From assembly GCA_964016885.1 (NCBI GenBank), contig OZ024741.1, positions 353,028,001-353,092,000 on the forward strand: a stretch of 64,000 bases of DNA, given 5' to 3'. The position numbers were made by a program, and so were the translations under genes. Source of the DNA: Eledone cirrhosa. Lineage: Eukaryota. Positions within the stretch are counted from its first letter, which is position 1; each line of letters begins with the position of its first letter. The notes beneath the pieces are model-generated. The model saw nothing but the letters and a program-made list of their open reading frames with translations. It made no database searches and was not told the origin of the DNA. Positions 23,845-37,369 of the stretch are shown here, in pieces.

Positions 23845-25157
23845 TTAAGTTCAATGAGAAAATCTACACCCAAAATGAGGGAGCAGCCATCGGCGTCAGC
23901 ATAGCTGGTGATGTTGCCAACCTTTTCATGGTATGGTGGGAAAGGAGACTTAAAGATCTCCTTAATGAAAGCTCCATAGACCTCATCATGTACTCTCGTT
24001 ATGTAGACGATATCAATATAGCTATAAGAACACCCCCACTAGAGAGCACTAACAAGTTTGATTTAGAACGTAGCACGATGGAAAGCATCCAGCAGATAGC
24101 TAATTCCATACACCAGAGTATAACTGTAACTATAGACTTCCCTTCCAAACACCCTAACAATAGACTACCTGTATTAGACACAGAACTCTGGATTAACACT
24201 ATAGACGAGAGAGCCCAAATTCTCCACTCACACTATGCTAAACCCATGGCCTCCAAATACCTGATACTCAAAAACTCAGCAATGTCCAGTAGTGCTAAGT
24301 TTAATATTCTGATCGCAGATTTGGTACGAGTGATGAAGAATGTGTCCAGCATGTGCGACCCAACAGAAATGGAAGGACACATCCAACACTTCATCAACCG
24401 CATGCAGTTCTCTGGCTACAACCAAAGAGACAGAGTCAGAGTATACGAAGGAGCCATGGAAAAGTATAAGACCCTCATAGAACTGGACATGAAAGGAATT
24501 TGCCCACTATACAGGAGCAAATCATGGAATAGCTTAGATAGGGCTAGACATAAGATAGGGAAGGCCACATCATGGTACGACAACCAGAGATATCAGAGTG
24601 TCATGTTTGTGGACGCCACCCCTGGAGGGAAATTAGCTAACCAGTGTAGAAAGGCCCTGAGAAAGACCCACTTAAAAATAAAGGTGGTAGAAAAGCCAGG
24701 AACCACCATAAAATCCCTGATCAGCAAAACCTACCCTTTTAAGAAAACCCACTGTACCAATAGGAAATGTATCATATGTAAGGTGAACCCCCGGATAAAC
24801 TGTAAAACTAGAAACGTAGTCTATAGCATAAGATGTACAGAGGGTACTTGCAGAAACACGACAACAACATACATAGGTGAGACAGCTCGTAGCATAGGTG
24901 AAAGGATAGACCAACACTGGGGGGAACTAAAAGGACGAAAAAACGGGTCAGTACTATACGAACATGCTAGACAACAACATGACGGTAACATAGACAACAT
25001 AGAAATTAGAATAATATCTAAACATAGGAATGACCCAGCAGATAGGCAAATCAGAGAGGCCAGTGAAATAGAAATTAGAAGACCAAAGCTAAACAGAAAG
25101 AATGAGTGGAACAACAACAACACCCAAACAAACAACACTGACCTAAGAGAAGTATAA
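23845..25157 (+). CDS. PLE polyprotein C-terminal part: RT (partial) + thumb + GIY-YIG; uninterrupted but 5'-truncated
   Basis: FKFNEKIYTQNEGAAIGVSIAGDVANLFM, YSRYVDD, LPVLDT, HYAKP, NVVYSIRC...YIGETAR, RPKLNRKNEW. Confidence 0.9.
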
Positions 25158-25426
25158 ATAAATAAGTAAATTAAATAAAATTAAATAAGATAAATAAATA
25201 CATACACAAGCACATAAACACACACTAGTCACCCAGCAGACACAACACTATACACACTAGTCACACATCACACATAACACTATACACACACGCAAACGCA
25301 TGCGCAAAGAAGACAAAATAAAATAAGATAAACAAACAAGCAAATAAATAAATAAATATATAGACAGACTGAACAAAAAAAAATGGCGTAGACATACAAC
25401 ACAACAGGAGGAACAATGAATATAAC

Positions 25427-25467
25427 ACCACTGACGATGTTGCAGATGTGCAACGAAAGATTTATGT
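25427..25467 (+). ncRNA. Hammerhead ribozyme core in PLE pLTR (stem I weak)
   Basis: CTGACGA 25431-25437, T, stem II GTTGCA/TGCAAC, GAAA 25455-25458, GATT TA. Confidence 0.65.
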
Positions 25468-25680
25468 AAATTATGTAAACTATATATATATGTGTTTGTC
25501 TATATTGTATCTGTATTATTTTTGACCGCCGGTCAGTCAATGGCAACATTGAGGACCGAGTAAGTTAGATCGCAGATATATATATATAAAAGACAGCGAG
25601 AAGCGAAAACCAACCAAACAGTGAGTGTGTTCTGTTATTAATTCTGGCAATATTACGCAAATATGACCCTCCCCAAATAT

Positions 25681-26148
<468 letters not shown>

Positions 26149-26149
26149 A

Positions 26150-26599
26150 AATATGATAATAAGGGCGCTGCGGAGTTGCAAATGGGTTACATATGAAAAA
26201 AGTTTGTCCTTCATCAGTGATCTTCCAACTATCATAGGTATTTCATCGCTTTAAAGACCATATACCTCCGGTTGGTGCGAGCAACGGCTAAAAAAAGTCG
26301 TTGGGACACGTAAATAAAGGGGACGCGAGGGTAAACAAACAAAATGGTGAGGCAACTTTATTCTCTCGTTCACGATTTCACCGAACTTAAATTCATAGAA
26401 ATCTGGGACTTGTTTCCTCCTTCCTCACTTTCTGTTGCCTCACCATTTTGTTTGTTTACCCTCGCGTCCCCTTTATTTACGTGTCCCAACGACTTTTTTT
26501 AGCCGTTGCTCGCACCAACCGGAGGTATATGGTCTTTAAAGCGATGAAATACCTATGATAGTTGGAAGATCACTGATGAAGGACAAACTTTTTTCATAT
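26150..26599. mobile_element. Palindromic (TA)n-inserted element with about 166-bp inverted arms
   Basis: 26191-26356 is the reverse complement of 26434-26599; the left arm has about 40 extra nt; truncated CTGATGAAGGAC at 26573. Confidence 0.85.
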
Positions 26600-26811
26600 A
26601 TATATATATATATACATTAGAAGTTAAAAATATTTGAAACTACCCGTTTGCCATTCTAAATAATTTAGTGTAAAAATTTAGTATGGGGTTATTATTTCAA
26701 CACTTAAACCGTTTACTAATGAAGCCGGGCTTTACTATAATGAAGTGTTACAACTCAATGGTCTGAAGAATAAGATTAATTACATAAATAATGTATGTAT
26801 GTAGAGCAAGT

Positions 26812-26928
26812 TGTAACTCTTGATGGAGTCGTGGGGGCGCCGTAGTGACATAGGACACGTCTTGGGCATTTTAAACATGACGGAACTTATCTCTCTGCAG
26901 ATCTGAATGCAGCTGACCTCTTCCAGAG

Positions 26929-26984
<56 letters not shown>

Positions 26985-27130
26985 AGAGAGAGAGAGGGAG
27001 AGAATCAACCCTGGTACTGGAGTGGTACTTTATTTATTATCGACCTCGAAAGGATGAAAGGCAAAGAGAGAACTAGAACAAATACTACAAAGCATTCTAT
27101 CTGACATTCTAACGACTCAATTCTCCGCCA
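26812..27130 (-). mobile_element. SINE family B copy with (GA)n middle
   Basis: GTAACTCTTGATGGAGTCG ... (GA)n ... ATCGACCTCGAAAGGATGAAAGGCAAAG. Confidence 0.75.
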
Positions 27131-27434
27131 ATATAAAAAAATACTATTAATTCTTATACACAGAAAAATACAAAGCGTAAAATTATTTGCTTTAATGCCG
27201 TTCAATTTTAATGTGCGTATAATTATCCTCAAGCATTTCTTTAACTTAGATAAATAAAATTAACACACAAGTGGCTGAGTATTCCACAGGAATGTGTACC
27301 CTTAACGTAGTTCTCACAAAGACTCAGCGTGACATATTGTGACAAGATTGGCCTTATAAATTACAGGTACAACTTGAAATCGAACTCACGTCCATATAAT
27401 CGTAAGCCGATGACCCTAACCACTAAGCTACGCA

Positions 27435-27512
<78 letters not shown>

Positions 27513-28206
27513 GACAGACAGACACATAGACACAGACACACACACACACACACACACATACACAGACAGGCACATACACATACAAATGAAAGCTGGTGTG
27601 GATTCCACTCAAGCGTAGCTGACCCTCTGCTCCATGAGGTACGTCACAAATTAGAATATGAATATTGACATGTCAGTATGGTTCTAGAGATTCAAACGAT
27701 TTACTTCAAAGTTGCTAATGAAATATAGGTGGCTATAGCCAATGTATTGATTTCAATTGACGAAACGAGAGTCTGATCATTTTAGTTGGCTTATAGTCGA
27801 TTGAACCTACGTCACTACATGGCTGTCTTATGTTACAATCAAACTAAATATTAGTAGGAGTAGAATATATTCTAAGGAATCGATGATATTTTGTCATTAC
27901 TCCTCCAAAATCGGTAGAGCATCAAACAAAATAGTTTGTAGCATTTATTTACGGTCTTTTACGTTCTGAGTTCAAATCCTGCTGAGGTTAACTTTGCCTT
28001 TCATCCTTCTAGGGGCCGATACAATAAGTAGCAGTAAAGTACTGGGTCAATATAATTGGCTTTGCCTTAATCCCAGAATTGCTAGCCTTGTACTTATATT
28101 AGAAATTATTATATTACCGCTCCCCATTTTATCAACCCTAGATGAATATAAGGTAAGGTCGAACCAAGGAGATTTGAACTCTGGTTGTAAAAAGATGAAA
28201 CTATAT

Positions 28207-28396
28207 AATTGTTTCTATTTTTGGCACAAGGCCAGCCATTACCCAGTACATTACTGGTACTTTATTTTATCGACCCCGTAAGGATGAAAGGCAAAGTTAA
28301 CCTCGGCGGGATTTGAACTCAGATCATAAAGGGACGTAACTCTATGCTTCAAAGCATGGTGTCCGACTCTCTACCGATACTGCCAATCCACTGCCC
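28207..28396 (-). mobile_element. SINE family A copy (cluster with 27905-28113 and 29035-29255)
   Basis: Reverse complement of the family-A consensus. Confidence 0.85.
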
Positions 28397-29517
28397 CGAA
28401 ACTATATAATGTAAGACAATTATTTTGACACATCAACGTTTGATAAGAGTTATTAGTACCACTATAGAATTCTTTATTTGAAATGTAAATACAAGACCAA
28501 TAGTTTGTGGGTGGGGTGGAGTGCGAGGGAAAAATCTATTATATCGACCCCAGTACCAGTTAAATACTGAGGCTGATATTATCGACTTTTCCATCCTCCA
28601 AATTGCTGGCCTAGTGTTAATGTTAGAGCGTATTATTATACAATTCTTTAATGAGTTGTTGCAGTATTAACAGCGTTATTGAAAATTGCTGACGCCATGT
28701 AAATGACGTAACTATTGTATTGATAACTTCACACACTTATACCAATGTCGCTGTTTGCCAGTATGATGCGTATAATTTATGCCGATATTGGATAACGTAA
28801 TACAAAGTAATGCTCTGTTGCGTTCATTACCAAGATATTTAGCTATGAGTGGCAGAGTCAAGCTATCTACAAGCATTCAACTGTGATCTTTGTTATTCTA
28901 CTACTACAAGGGTGTTGATTACCATAACGGATTGCATTGTCGACACGATACTAAAGACTTCGTCTCTATTTAATGATTGTAAAACAAGTCAGTTTGACTG
29001 AAACCATATATCTTCAATCTTTAGACATAAAAATGGTGGTGGATTGACAGAGTTGGTAGAGCGTCGAATAAAATGCCATTGTGCTATTTGTTCTGACTTT
29101 TTCTTTTTTTAATTTAAAATCCTGTCAATGTTATCTCGGCCTTTCATCCCTCTGGGGTGGATAAAATAAAGTATCAGTTAGGTAATGGGGTCAATTTAAT
29201 CAACTTTGCCTTCCCCCAAATTTGTTGGCTTAGTGTCGAAATTAGAAATCAATATTTAGCTATAGATGTAGTTGCCCACAGTAAAACAACGAACTTAGCA
29301 GTACTGCCATTTCTTTTGACTGTAAGTTACTCTAACATATGAGGTATTTATTTACAGTATCTTAAGGACATTGGATAGAATACTTTGTGGTATCCATTTC
29401 GTCAGTTTTCTCTCTGAGTTCAAATCTCACCGAACTCAACTTTGACTTTCGTCCTTTCAAGATTGATAACATCTACCAGTCCAGTACTAGGGTCTTGTCT
29501 TCCCCTTTCTCACTTTC

Positions 29518-29554
<37 letters not shown>

Positions 29555-31014
29555 CTCTTTCTTCTCTCTCCATCTCTCTCCCTTCTCTCTCTCTCCCTCT
29601 CTCAAGCCAAACCATTGCCAACAAAACACTCGTCCTGTATACAGTGTTTCCACTACTTACAGTAATGAGATAATCCTTTCTATGGTAGTTGCTTCTGCAT
29701 TTGTTTTTTGTTATAAGCTCCAATAATAATAGTAAAGCCCTTGAATGCTGCTCTTCATACTAATAAAAAATAATCATGGTTTGATTGCAGTAGTAGACGC
29801 TCACAAACCTCCTTCATTGTTTGCAGTTTGTATAGTTATTTGTGGTCCCGTGATCAGGATATTAGCTATGGTTATCGGTGACAACCTAAATCTAGAAATC
29901 CCGAAACAGATAGCGATGCCATCTCGTCCGACACTCTCACAGTTCCACTATTGTGTTGCCATGAATTGTCACTTTATTTTGTTGAACCCAAAAGGATGGA
30001 AAGCCGCAACAAATAAACAAGATATTCTACAAGATTACTCTGCCAATTCACTGCTAAGGAAATACTTGACTGTCATATGGTATCTCATGATGCTTTCAGA
30101 AATAAATGAATTATAGTTATTTATAGCTCCCTCTTACACCTAATTTACAACTAATGTGGAGAGTTCTAGCGTCGATGGCAGTGGATTGCCGAAATTGTTA
30201 GAACGTCGGTTGAGATGCCTTGCTGTATCTTCTTCGGCACTTTGATTTTTGGGTTCAAATTCCACCCAGGGTTTAAAATCCTACCAATATCTAGGACTAA
30301 TCACCCGACTACTGGACCATGATTATGAAAACTGCAAATAGTGACTGGAGTTTGTGACCGTCTGCTACTGCAGTCGAACGAGGATAATTATTTACATTAT
30401 ACGTAATATAAGGCAACATTGACGTTAATAGCTAAAACATTAGACATCCTATAAAAACAGATCAGCCTTAAAGCTCACATCTACGCCTAATAAACATTGA
30501 ACAGGAGAACTAATCTCTAAGTCCGTGAAATTAAATGTACTAAGATAAAGCGTATCCCAATACAATGCAAAATTATCCCATATGAAGAAACATGTTAAAG
30601 ATTGCTTCACCAGACAGTGAGCACCATCAGCAACCGAAAAGACGCCAGCCAATAACCAATTTTGACGCCGCATTGTTTTTCATTAACAAATTCAAAAACG
30701 TCTTAATTAAAACCTTTAGAAATTGTGTTATTTATAACTTTTGTATTACAGCGTATTTCACATTTCCCCTTTCTCACTGTTTCTCTCTCTGCATGATTGT
30801 CCGCTGTCCGTCATTCCAAATACACACGCACACACAAACACAACTTATATATGTATGTGTATATATATATATATATATAAGCTTATTCTGGGTTCAATCG
30901 GGAGTAACCAGGTTAACTTTGCCTTTCATCCTTACGGGGTCGATAAAATAAAGTACCAGTAATATGCTGGGATAATTGCTGGCCTTGTGCCTATAGTAGC
31001 AATCATTATTAAAG

Positions 31015-31059
<45 letters not shown>

Positions 31060-31400
31060 TAAGTCCATAGAATCATTAGATAAAATATATACAGTATTTC
31101 TCCTCCCAATCAGTATAAATCAACCACACAAAAAAATCATTTAAACGAGGCTATAAGTTTAAAATGTACTTATGAAGAAACAATGGTTAAATGATATAGC
31201 TTCTAATTCGCGACTTATAGCTACAAAAAAATTACCTAATATTTCTATTAGCCTGTAAAAATTGACTATATATATATATATTGATGATGCATATATGATG
31301 ATGCATATAGTAGAAGACACTCCCTAAAGCTGCCATGCAATGCGACAGAACCCTAAACTAAGTGGGTGTGTAGCTAACTCTCTAACTACACAGCCATACC

Positions 31401-31441
<41 letters not shown>

Positions 31442-32517
31442 CACACACATATTTATATATGCATATAATATTAGTAATAAACGAAAGATATACATTTTAT
31501 ATAATCTCTATTTATTTCATTATATATATTTCGAAGATGCAAAATTATATACATATGTGTATACAAATACAAACGTACACACATATGCATATTTATTTTT
31601 ATGCATATATATGTATGTGTATGTCTGTGTGTATACATAGTTATATATAGATTGAGAGAGAGAAAGACAGAGAGTTTGTGATCAATCTACGCGATTTTCC
31701 ATTGGTTTATTGATTACTCATCTAACTGAACAGCTTGAATCCAATTCTTTAGTGTTAGGAGAGAAAAAACTCGAGAAGTAATAGTTGAAACTGCAATCAC
31801 AATCGAACTTCCTAATACAGACCTGAACTTGCCGTATAAAGACAGTTTCGGCAATCACTTCTTAGTCTCTAATTTAGGCACAAGGCCAGCAATTTATGGA
31901 GTGAGAGGAGTCGATTATATCAACCCAAGTACTTGACTGGTGCTTTATTTCATCGATCCCGGAAGAATGAAAGGAAAATTTAACTTAATTTAACTCAGAA
32001 CGTAAAAAGCTGAAGTATTTACCACGATAAGATGATCAGATCTGAAGCAACTTTGATCATATTTCTAACGCAAGTGTTTATATATGGTTGTTCGACCTGC
32101 TTAAAAAAGCTGTACAATCTACCTCTAATCAGACCCCACGTGCGGCATCAGATAATGTAAATCCTAGATATGTACAGACACATGCACACACACATATATC
32201 TGCATACACACACACACATGCAGATCAACACATTTGTGTAGCTACAAATGAGGAAGAATCCACGAGGGTGTATGACATGCTAGAAACAGCAGCCAAATCT
32301 CAATCGAATCATACAACGTCTTGAAATTAGGAGAGTACAGGAGATATATAGAGCATATTTCAAGTTATTTTGTGGTCAAATAAATATATCAGGAATGTCA
32401 GCATAATTGACATGTAATCGGAATTATTGACATTTAAATTCCCCAGCCATCAAATTCTCTATCCACACGGCCATTTCACATAGTAAAATACTCATTTTAC
32501 TATAGTGGAATCCTTTT

Positions 32518-32551
<34 letters not shown>

Positions 32552-32662
32552 GAGAAAGAGTGTGTGGGAGAGAGAGAGAATGTGTATGAGAGATAGAGAT
32601 CGAGTGAGAAATAGAGAGAAATGTAGAGAGTGAGAAAGAGAGAGAGAGAGAGAGAGAGAGAA

Positions 32663-32709
<47 letters not shown>

Positions 32710-33008
32710 GAGAGAGAGAGAGACTGTGTGAGAGAGAGAGAATATCATAAGAAATTATGGTAAATGAACCGTATAAATTAGGCTCACTCAACAATTTCCG
32801 CCGATAGCCCACATCCATCACATCAATACAGTTAGCTATCTTGACTCTTTATTGATTGAATTAAAACCAAGGGAGAGAAAATATTTCCGCTCCATTCCTT
32901 CAGAATAACTCTTGTAACTAATATTCTAATTGCAGCTAGTTCCGTTTCAGGAAATAGCAATTAGACTTTTTATATCAACTGTGGATCCTTCGATATTTTT
33001 GTAAAATT

Positions 33009-33126
<118 letters not shown>

Positions 33127-33211
33127 ACGCACGCAAGCACCCCCCCCACACACACATACACACACTCATATATATGTATATATATATATATATACGTATA
33201 TATATACGATA

Positions 33212-33595
33212 TATATTATTCAAAATGTTCACAAATGAAAAATATTCTCATAATCAAAATATATACTTTATTATATATATTTTAAAGGTACTGTGTTGTT
33301 TTTTTCAGTACGTCCTCATCAGACAAAATACTGCCAATACTGGAATTAAATAATCAAGACCGTAGCGGTATGTCATATATCAAATCATATATTTTGTCTG
33401 ATGAAGACGTACTGAAAAAACAACACAGTACCTTATATATAATAAAGTATATATTTTGATTATGAGAATATTTTCATTTGTTAATATTTTGAATAATATT
33501 AAAAACTCCAGGAAAACTTTTTTTGTTGAGTGCTTCTAATCTCTTGCAAATTGTATTCGTTGAGTAATCAACGAACCATACTAATCTTTGGTTAT
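33212..33595. mobile_element. Palindromic (TA)n-inserted element with about 115-bp arms plus one-sided tail
   Basis: 33212-33330 is the reverse complement of 33390-33498; contains an incomplete CTGATGA(G/A)GAC motif. Confidence 0.75.
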
Positions 33596-33701
33596 ATATA
33601 TATATATATATATATAGGAACGAGTAGGACCCCGACGGCTGAGCTCAAGCCGTTTCGACTGCTAATTATGGTTCACCTGGTTCCTTACCACATTTCCTTC
33701 G

Positions 33702-33744
<43 letters not shown>

Positions 33745-33746
<2 letters not shown>

Positions 33747-34203
33747 GAACAAAACGGAGTTAAAGACTCGCGTTAATCCCTTGTAATTTAATGAGCTCAA
33801 GGAATAAGTACCGGGTTCTTCATAATACAGTATATAGAGAAGAATATACAAATAGGCTATGTTTTCAATTACGAAGGGTAGAGAACCACTAGAGTGAAGA
33901 ACATAAAGTCTACAAAAAGTGTGGAAAATACATAATAATTAAAAAGGTAAATTAAAATGCACAGACCCACTAACTATAAAACACCTGGACAATCTCAAAG
34001 ACGAGAATGTTTTGCCATAAACAGTGATGGCGCCATACCTTCTCAGGGCTCTTCGGTATGTGTAAAGAAGATACAGTCAACACTTCTAAAGAGACTTTAG
34101 ACAACTGAAATAGCGCACATGGTGTGAGAAAAGAAAACATGGTTATTTACCCCTCGTAAGCGAAAATATTCCCTTTTTGTGTTTTCTTCTCTATTTACTG
34201 TAT

Positions 34204-34205
<2 letters not shown>
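33745..34205. mobile_element. (TA)n-inserted element with degenerate inverted arms; related to 62281-63100
   Basis: 33823-33888 is approximately the reverse complement of 34140-34205; GAGTTAAAGACTCG..TAAT..ATGAGCTCAA is shared (inverted) with 62335-62380 and 62860-63095. Confidence 0.65.
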
Positions 34206-34272
<67 letters not shown>

Positions 34273-34464
34273 GAAAAGAAATTGAAAATGCAACTGGAGT
34301 CTTTTAAGAATATTTATTTTACTTTACCGGCTTCAGAGTTCTTATGATTTTCAAAAGTAAAATTGAGATGGAGGGTTTGTGTTTCTGTTGTGGTTTGTCT
34401 CGCATCTGGTTCGTGTTCGAAAGTTCTTTCTGTTTTATACATTGGTGTTTTTTTTAAAAAGTAC

Positions 34465-34652
34465 TTAGGTTGGCAGATTTCTTCCAGAGAAAGATAGAAA
34501 TTGAGTGAGAGGAAATGAGAAAGAGATGTAGAGGAAGAATCGATCCCAGTACGAGAGGATGAAAGGCAAAGTTGACCTCGGCGGGATTTGAACTCAGCGA
34601 GCAGAGAGCCGGAACAAATACCATAAAGCATTCTATCCACGTTCTAACGACT
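34465..34652 (-). mobile_element. SINE family B copy
   Basis: GATTTCTTCCAGAG ... GGATGAAAGGCAAAGTTGACCTCGGCGGGATTTGAACTCAG. Confidence 0.75.
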
Positions 34653-34828
34653 ATGATAATCTGTATACTCTCATATAACTTCCTCTGTCTTTCTTCCGTT
34701 GTTGACAACATCAAACGCTTTACTTTAACCCTTGTACTTTTGGTAAAATGAATTGTTCTCCAGAAAACGAAATAAAATACCAACACATGTATTTAGTTTT
34801 GAATGTCTTAGTAAACGCTTTTTAAACA

Positions 34829-34899
<71 letters not shown>

Positions 34900-35159
34900 C
34901 CCCACACGCACACGCACACAGGCGCGCGCGCATTCTGCATAGAACGTTCAAGCATCAACTGAACGAGTATCCAATACAAGTGAGTAGATTGTAAGATTTA
35001 TTTTCCGAAGAAAAAGTTGGCAATGGCTTCGAATTTTCGTCGATGAGGCCGTTCCAGACTGTTGGTAAGTGTCTTTCTTAGATCTTTTATATATGTTTAT
35101 TTCTGCACTTGAGGTGTTCAGTTGTTACTTAATTAGCGGTGTTAATCTTTATATGGTAG

Positions 35160-35460
35160 TAGGTGAAGAAGGGGTGTATGTGAAAGTATTGGCAACTGCC
35201 TTTTAGACGTGTCCACCATGCAGCTTCTTTCCCCATAACTACCTGGCAGAAGAAAACTTGTTCCCTACTAAAACAAGGTGCTCGTTCTATTTTTACTATA
35301 GACTCAGTTGATTGCCGGGTCTGTCCTACACATGATGGCTGCTGTTCGACACAATCCCACATATCTGCAATTCATGGACACTGGACGGTAGCACGCAGGA
35401 CGATTTCGTGGTCTTGCGCACATCTCGAACAGGTTCGGCTGTTGGCATTTCGTACAGATC
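35160..35460 (-). pseudogene. Degenerate Tx1-like ORF2 C-terminal fragment
   Basis: WDCVEQ...STESIVKI...KEAAWWTRLKG resembles WSYVEQ...STESIVQM...KEIVWWTRLKG. Confidence 0.75.
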
Positions 35461-35702
35461 GAACTTCACAGGAGCTAGTTACGCCACACTCATTCTACTC
35501 TGATTTTTACCTATCATCATCCCAGGCCATCATCGATTATACCTTTCAGGAATTACCTAGAGAACGTAAGCGTTGATTTACAAGCGTTGATTGCGTTGTC
35601 CAGCTGGTTAAGTGACGTGAACGCCTGGAAACACATATATTTATATAAGTATGTACTCTCTCTCTTTCTCTCTTACACACACACACACACACATTTGAGA
35701 TA

Positions 35703-36047
35703 TACTTCTTTATTTGCCACAAGGGCGCACAAGAAGAGGGGACAATACAAAGACACATGCCAGTGATTTTACATACAGTCGTGTAAAAATATTATTAAAA
35801 CAAACAAATTTAACAATCGAAATCCCCAATAGGGGGGAGGCGTTACAAATGGGTTGTTTAATACGCCGTCGATAGAACAACCCTCAACTTCAGGAGCGTG
35901 TTGTGCAAGTGCCCCTTTCTTCCTTTTGCTCTCTTCTTCAACATACAGGTTTATATACAGAGAAGGCCCAATCACTCGGGCCATTTTTGCTACATTCACC
36001 CACCTTTCAGTAAATTTACTGGGTTGCAGAGCCTCTCTCTCCACTCT
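35703..36047 (-). mobile_element. Severely 5'-truncated Tx1-like LINE with 12-bp target-site duplication
   Basis: RVEREALQPSKFTERWVNVAKMARVIGPSLYINL plus 3' UTR (CCCCCCTATTGGGG, CCCTTGTGGCAAATAAAGAA); ACATTTGAGATA at 35691-35702 and 36048-36059. Confidence 0.88.
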
Positions 36048-36054
36048 ACATTTG

Positions 36055-36117
<63 letters not shown>

Positions 36118-37369
36118 AAGAAAATGATACTCATTATTGTGGTTATATGCGTACACTGATATATTCACTTTTATCTTAGAATCTTGTATTATTAATTATA
36201 AAAGTAACATATTTTCAAGTATGTTTTAGTACTGAAAATCGTTTGTCTTACTTCTGTGATCTTGTTTCTGATATTCTACTTCACTATATCTAAGCAGTTC
36301 TTAATGTATGTAGTGTGGATATCTTTCAGTGCTTTTTCTTTCGTTTTCTCCTTTTTCTTTCTTTGTTATTGTCTCATCGGTCACATTCTCTCTCCCCTCA
36401 TCTCTCTCTCGTATTCTTTCTTCTTTTCCTCAATTACCTCTTGTTAGACTAAAGTATAGGATAGAATATATCCAATCAAAGTGTGGAGACTTTACCGACC
36501 GCTTCCTTTTCGTGCCGGTCATCACCGAGTCCTCCGATGTCCTCAGTCACCGAACTGACGACCTCTACCAACATTGGGAAGAGTGCATCCCGCCTCACAA
36601 AAAACCCTTAAAGGTGAAGTGGCTGAATTAGCAGTTGTTACATACGAAGAAAATGCATTGGGAACTTTCTCGTAACAAAGGGAGAATGTCTACATAAAGG
36701 TCTGCCGGTTTCACTTGTTATTAAGATATTCATGGAAATGAAGTTGTACCGCATTTTTTATACGCACCCCAAACACATACATATGTGTATAATAAGAATT
36801 ATATAAATAAATGAAACATAATTTACAATTAATTTGAAAGATGGTTATGTGAACTTCAGCTCCACCTCTACTGAATATCCAAGATCTGAACTCAGAATGT
36901 TCCTCTCTAAGCTACAGTTTTCTTTTATGGAAAAGCAAGCTTTCATTGCCTATTTTCCCCTGCACACCACCGATGTTGTCGGAGAGAAAGGCAATGACCG
37001 ATAATATTTGCTATCAGTGTCGTCTCAGGTGTGGCCATCAGAATTCAGAGACGAAACAGAGACGACCTAACAATTCCTCTAATCCACCTCACTGAATTCG
37101 TACTTATATTTTATCACGAACAAGTCGTATAGAATCACATTTATTTTCTTGGGGAGACACACGCCAAAATCCTATGGCACTATTTGTTTTAATGTAAAAC
37201 GTATCAGTCTGAAAGAGAGAGAGGGAGGGGGGGGAGGGAAACAGAGAGAAAGATAGATAGATAGAGAGAGAGAGAGAAAGTGAGAGAGAGCGAGAGAGAG
37301 GGAGAGAGAGAAAGAGAGAGAAAGCGAGAGAGAGAAAGATAGATAGAGAGATAGATAGATAGATAGATA

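Noticed and set aside
26206-26590. CTGATGA motifs in palindromes at 26573 and 33398
   Set aside because: No closing stem II and GAAA downstream; incomplete, so not called ribozymes.
30449-30700. Possible host exon or promoter (CCAAT motifs, non-repetitive sequence); also 17900-18170 and 36450-36630
   Set aside because: No recognisable protein similarity or convincing splice-site/ORF pattern; needs RNA-seq.
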